NCBI GenBank assembly: GCA_026770705.1 | Contig: JANJGN010000038.1 | Location: 7,936,001 to 8,000,000, forward strand | DNA length: 64,000 nucleotides | Reading direction: 5' to 3' | Source of the DNA: Isurus oxyrinchus | Lineage: Eukaryota | Shown: in pieces, positions 60,982 to 64,000 of the stretch | How positions within the stretch are numbered: the first letter of the stretch is position 1 | How the letters are laid out: every line of letters starts with the position of its first letter | The notes under the pieces: generated by a model | Seen by the model: only the letters and a program-made list of their open reading frames with translations | Told to the model about the DNA's origin: nothing | The model's database searches: none | Made by a program: the position numbers and the translations under genes

Positions 60982-63900
60982 GATCACTGTAATAGATCTT
61001 GTCTCAGTTGATATGAATCCATTCCTTGAATCAGTAATCACTGTAACATACCATGACTCAGTTTATATTAATCCATACCTTGCACCGGTAATCATGGTAA
61101 TATTCCCTGCTTCAGTTTATATTGATCTAGACCCTATATCAGTAATCACTGTAATGGGCCCTGACTCAGTTGATATTAATCCATACCTTGTATCATTAAT
61201 CACAGTAATAGACTCTGTCTTAGTTTATATTAATACAGACCTTGTTTCAGTAACCACTGTTAGAGACCCTGTCTTAGTTTATGTTAATCCATACATTGCA
61301 TTGCTAATCGCTGTAATAGTCCCTGCCTCAGTTTATATTCATCTAGACCCTATATCAGTAATCACTGTATTGGACCCTGACTCAGTTATGATTAATCCAT
61401 ACCTTGCATCGGTAATAACAGTAATAGACCCTGTCTCATTTTATATTAATCCAGGCCTTGTATCAGTAATCACTGTAATAGATCCTGTCTCAATTAATAT
61501 TAATAAGGACATTGTATTGGTAATTACTGTAGTATACTCTGTCTCAGTTTCTTTTAATCCATGCAATGCATTAATAATCGCTGTAATAAACCCTATCTCA
61601 TTTTTTTATTAATCCATACCTTGCATCAGTAATCACTGGAAGAGACCCTGTCTCAGTTTATATTCATTTAGACCAATTATCATTAATAAATGTAACAGAC
61701 CCTGTCTCAGTTAATTGTAATCGGTACCATGTATCAGTAATCACTCGAATATACCCTGTCCAAGTTTATATTAACCCAGGCATTGCATCAGTCATCACTG
61801 TAATCGTCCATGTCTCAGTTGACATGAATCCATTCCTTCTATCAGTAATCACTGTAACATACCATGACTCCGTTTATATTAATCCATACCTTGCACTGGT
61901 AATCACTGTAATAATCCCTGCCTCAGTTTATGTTGATCTAGACCCCATATCAGTAATCACTGTAATGGGCCCTGACTCAGTTGATATTAATCCAAACATT
62001 GCATTGCTAATCGCTGTAATAGTCCCTGCCTCAGTTTATATTCAGCCAAACCCTGTATCAGTAATCACTGTAATGGACCCTGACTCAGTTGTGATTAATC
62101 CATACCTTGCTTCAGTAATCACTGTAATAGACCCTGTCTCATTTTATATTAATCCAGGCCTTGTATCAGTAATCACTGTAATAGACCCTGTCCCAGTTAA
62201 TACTAATAAAGACATTGTACTGATAGTTACTGTAATATACTCTGTCTCCATTTATTTTAATCCAAACAATACATCAATAATCGCTGTAATAAACCCTGTC
62301 TGATATTTTTGTTAATCCATACCTTGCATCAGTAATCAGTGTAAGAGACCCTGTGTCAGTTTATATTCATCTAGACCCTGTATCATTATTCACTGTAATG
62401 ACCCTGACTCTGTTGAAATTAATCCATACTTGTATCATAAATCACTGTAATAGTCCCTGTCTCAGTTTATATTAATGCAGACATTGTCTCAGTAATCATT
62501 GTAAAAGACCCTGTCTCAGTTTACATCAGTCCATATAGTGTAACAGTAATCCCTGTTACAGACCCTGTCTCATTTGCTATTAATCCATACCTTGCATCAG
62601 TAATCACTGAAGCTGACCCTGACTTAGTTTATATCAATTCATATCTTGTATTACTAATCACTGTAATAGACCCTGTCTCTGTTTATATTAATCTAGACCC
62701 GGTATTAGAAATCATTGCAACAGGCCCTGTCAGGTTATTCTAATCCATACCATATATCAGTAATCACTTTAATAGATCTTGTCTCTGTTTATATTAATCC
62801 AGACCTTGTTTCAGTAATCACTGTAATCAGCCCTGTATTAGTTGATATGAATCCATACTTGTATCAGTAATCATTGTAATAGACCCTTTCTCAGTTTGTA
62901 TTAATACATAATTTGTCAGTAATCACTATAATATACCTTGTCTAAGTTCATATTAATCTAGACCATTGATCATTAATAACTGTGACAGACCCCGTCTCAG
63001 CTTATATTAACGCAGACAATGCATCAGTGACAACTGTAATAGATGGTTTCTCAGTTGGTATGAATCCATTCTTTGTGTCAGAATTACTGTAATAGACCCT
63101 GCCTCAGTTGATGTGTATTCATAGCTTGTATCAGTTATCTCTGTAATAGACCCTGTGTCAGTTTATATTAATGCAGGAATTGTATTGGTAATTATTGTAA
63201 TAGACCCTGTCTCAGTTTATGTTAATCCAAAACTTGTGTGAGTAGTCACCATGATAAGCACAGCCTCAGCTGATATCAATCCATACCTTGTATCAATAAT
63301 CAGTGTAGTAGACTTTATATTAATACAGACCTTGTATCAGTAATCACTGTGATAGACCACGTCTCTTTTTATATTAATACAGACATTGTATTGGTAATTA
63401 CTGTAATAAACCCTGCCCACAGCCAATATTAATTTAGAGCCTGTATCAATAATCATTGTGATTGACCCTGTCTCAATTTATATGACTATAGACCCTGTAT
63501 CAGGAATCACTGTAATAGACCCTGCCTCAGTTTATATGAATCTTTACCTTGCATCAGTACTCTCTGTAATAGATCCAGTCGTAGCTTAAATTAATCTCGG
63601 CCCTGTATTAGTAATCAATGTAAAAGGCCCTGTCTGAGCTTATATTAACCGAGGCACTGTATCAGAAATTACGCTAACAAACCCGGTCTCAGTTTATATA
63701 AATCTAGGCCCTGTGTCTGTAATCACTGTAGTAGATGCTGTCTCAGGTTGTTTTATTCTAAGCCCTGTATCAGCATTCACTGTAATAGGCCCTGTCTCAG
63801 TTTATAGTAACTGAGGCACTGTATCTATAATTACTGCACAATGCCCCTACTCCGCTTATAATACTTAAGATCTGTTAAGTTATTACTGCACTAGACTCTA

Positions 63901-64000
63901 TTTTAGTTAATACCAATCTCACCCCTGTTTCTGTAATAGACGTACAGATTAATCTAGAACCTGAATCAGTAATCACTGCACTATGTTCTGTCTCGGTTTA

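Larger units (their letters stand above)
53390..64000 (+). repeat. Satellite array, 54-bp monomer made of two 27-bp subunits; runs off the window end
   Basis: Consensus gaccctgtctcagtttatattaatcca-taccttgtatcagtaatcactgtaata; roughly 190 diverged monomers. Confidence 0.95.

Noticed and set aside
54886-62303. ORFs with VSVITVIDPVSVYINPYL repeats
   Set aside because: The 54-bp unit is a multiple of 3 and its consensus is stop-free in one frame; frequent stops and frameshifts show no coding constraint.
53390-64000. CRISPR-like regular array
   Set aside because: No constant repeat with unique spacers; it is tandem satellite in a vertebrate genome.

Overview
Eukaryotic, cartilaginous-fish (shark-like) genomic DNA, not prokaryotic. 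The core is one complete, unrearranged immunoglobulin heavy-chain cluster on the minus strand, about 21 kb (36498->15447). Its order is leader, VH, D1, D2, JH, Cmu1-Cmu4 with secretory tail, TM1, TM2. The RSSs follow the typical shark pattern (V23/12-D1-22/12-D2-12/23-J), and all reading frames and splice phases are intact. The constant exons and JH are clearly IgM-type, but by my recall the leader and VH look IgW/IgX-type, so this may be a germline hybrid V-omega/C-mu cluster (main candidate finding, needs phylogenetic confirmation). Downstream of the gene (1-11.3 kb) lies an array of about 12 mostly decayed tRNA genes with duplicated flanks. Upstream lie CTCF-like motifs, LINE/SINE debris and a >10 kb satellite with a 54-bp (2x27) unit. 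That satellite carries a palindromic Penelope-end insertion with a 16-bp target-site duplication (TSD) and hammerhead-ribozyme-like motifs. Six N-gaps are present, four of them in the J-Cmu intron. Most ORFs in the supplied track are repeat artefacts.
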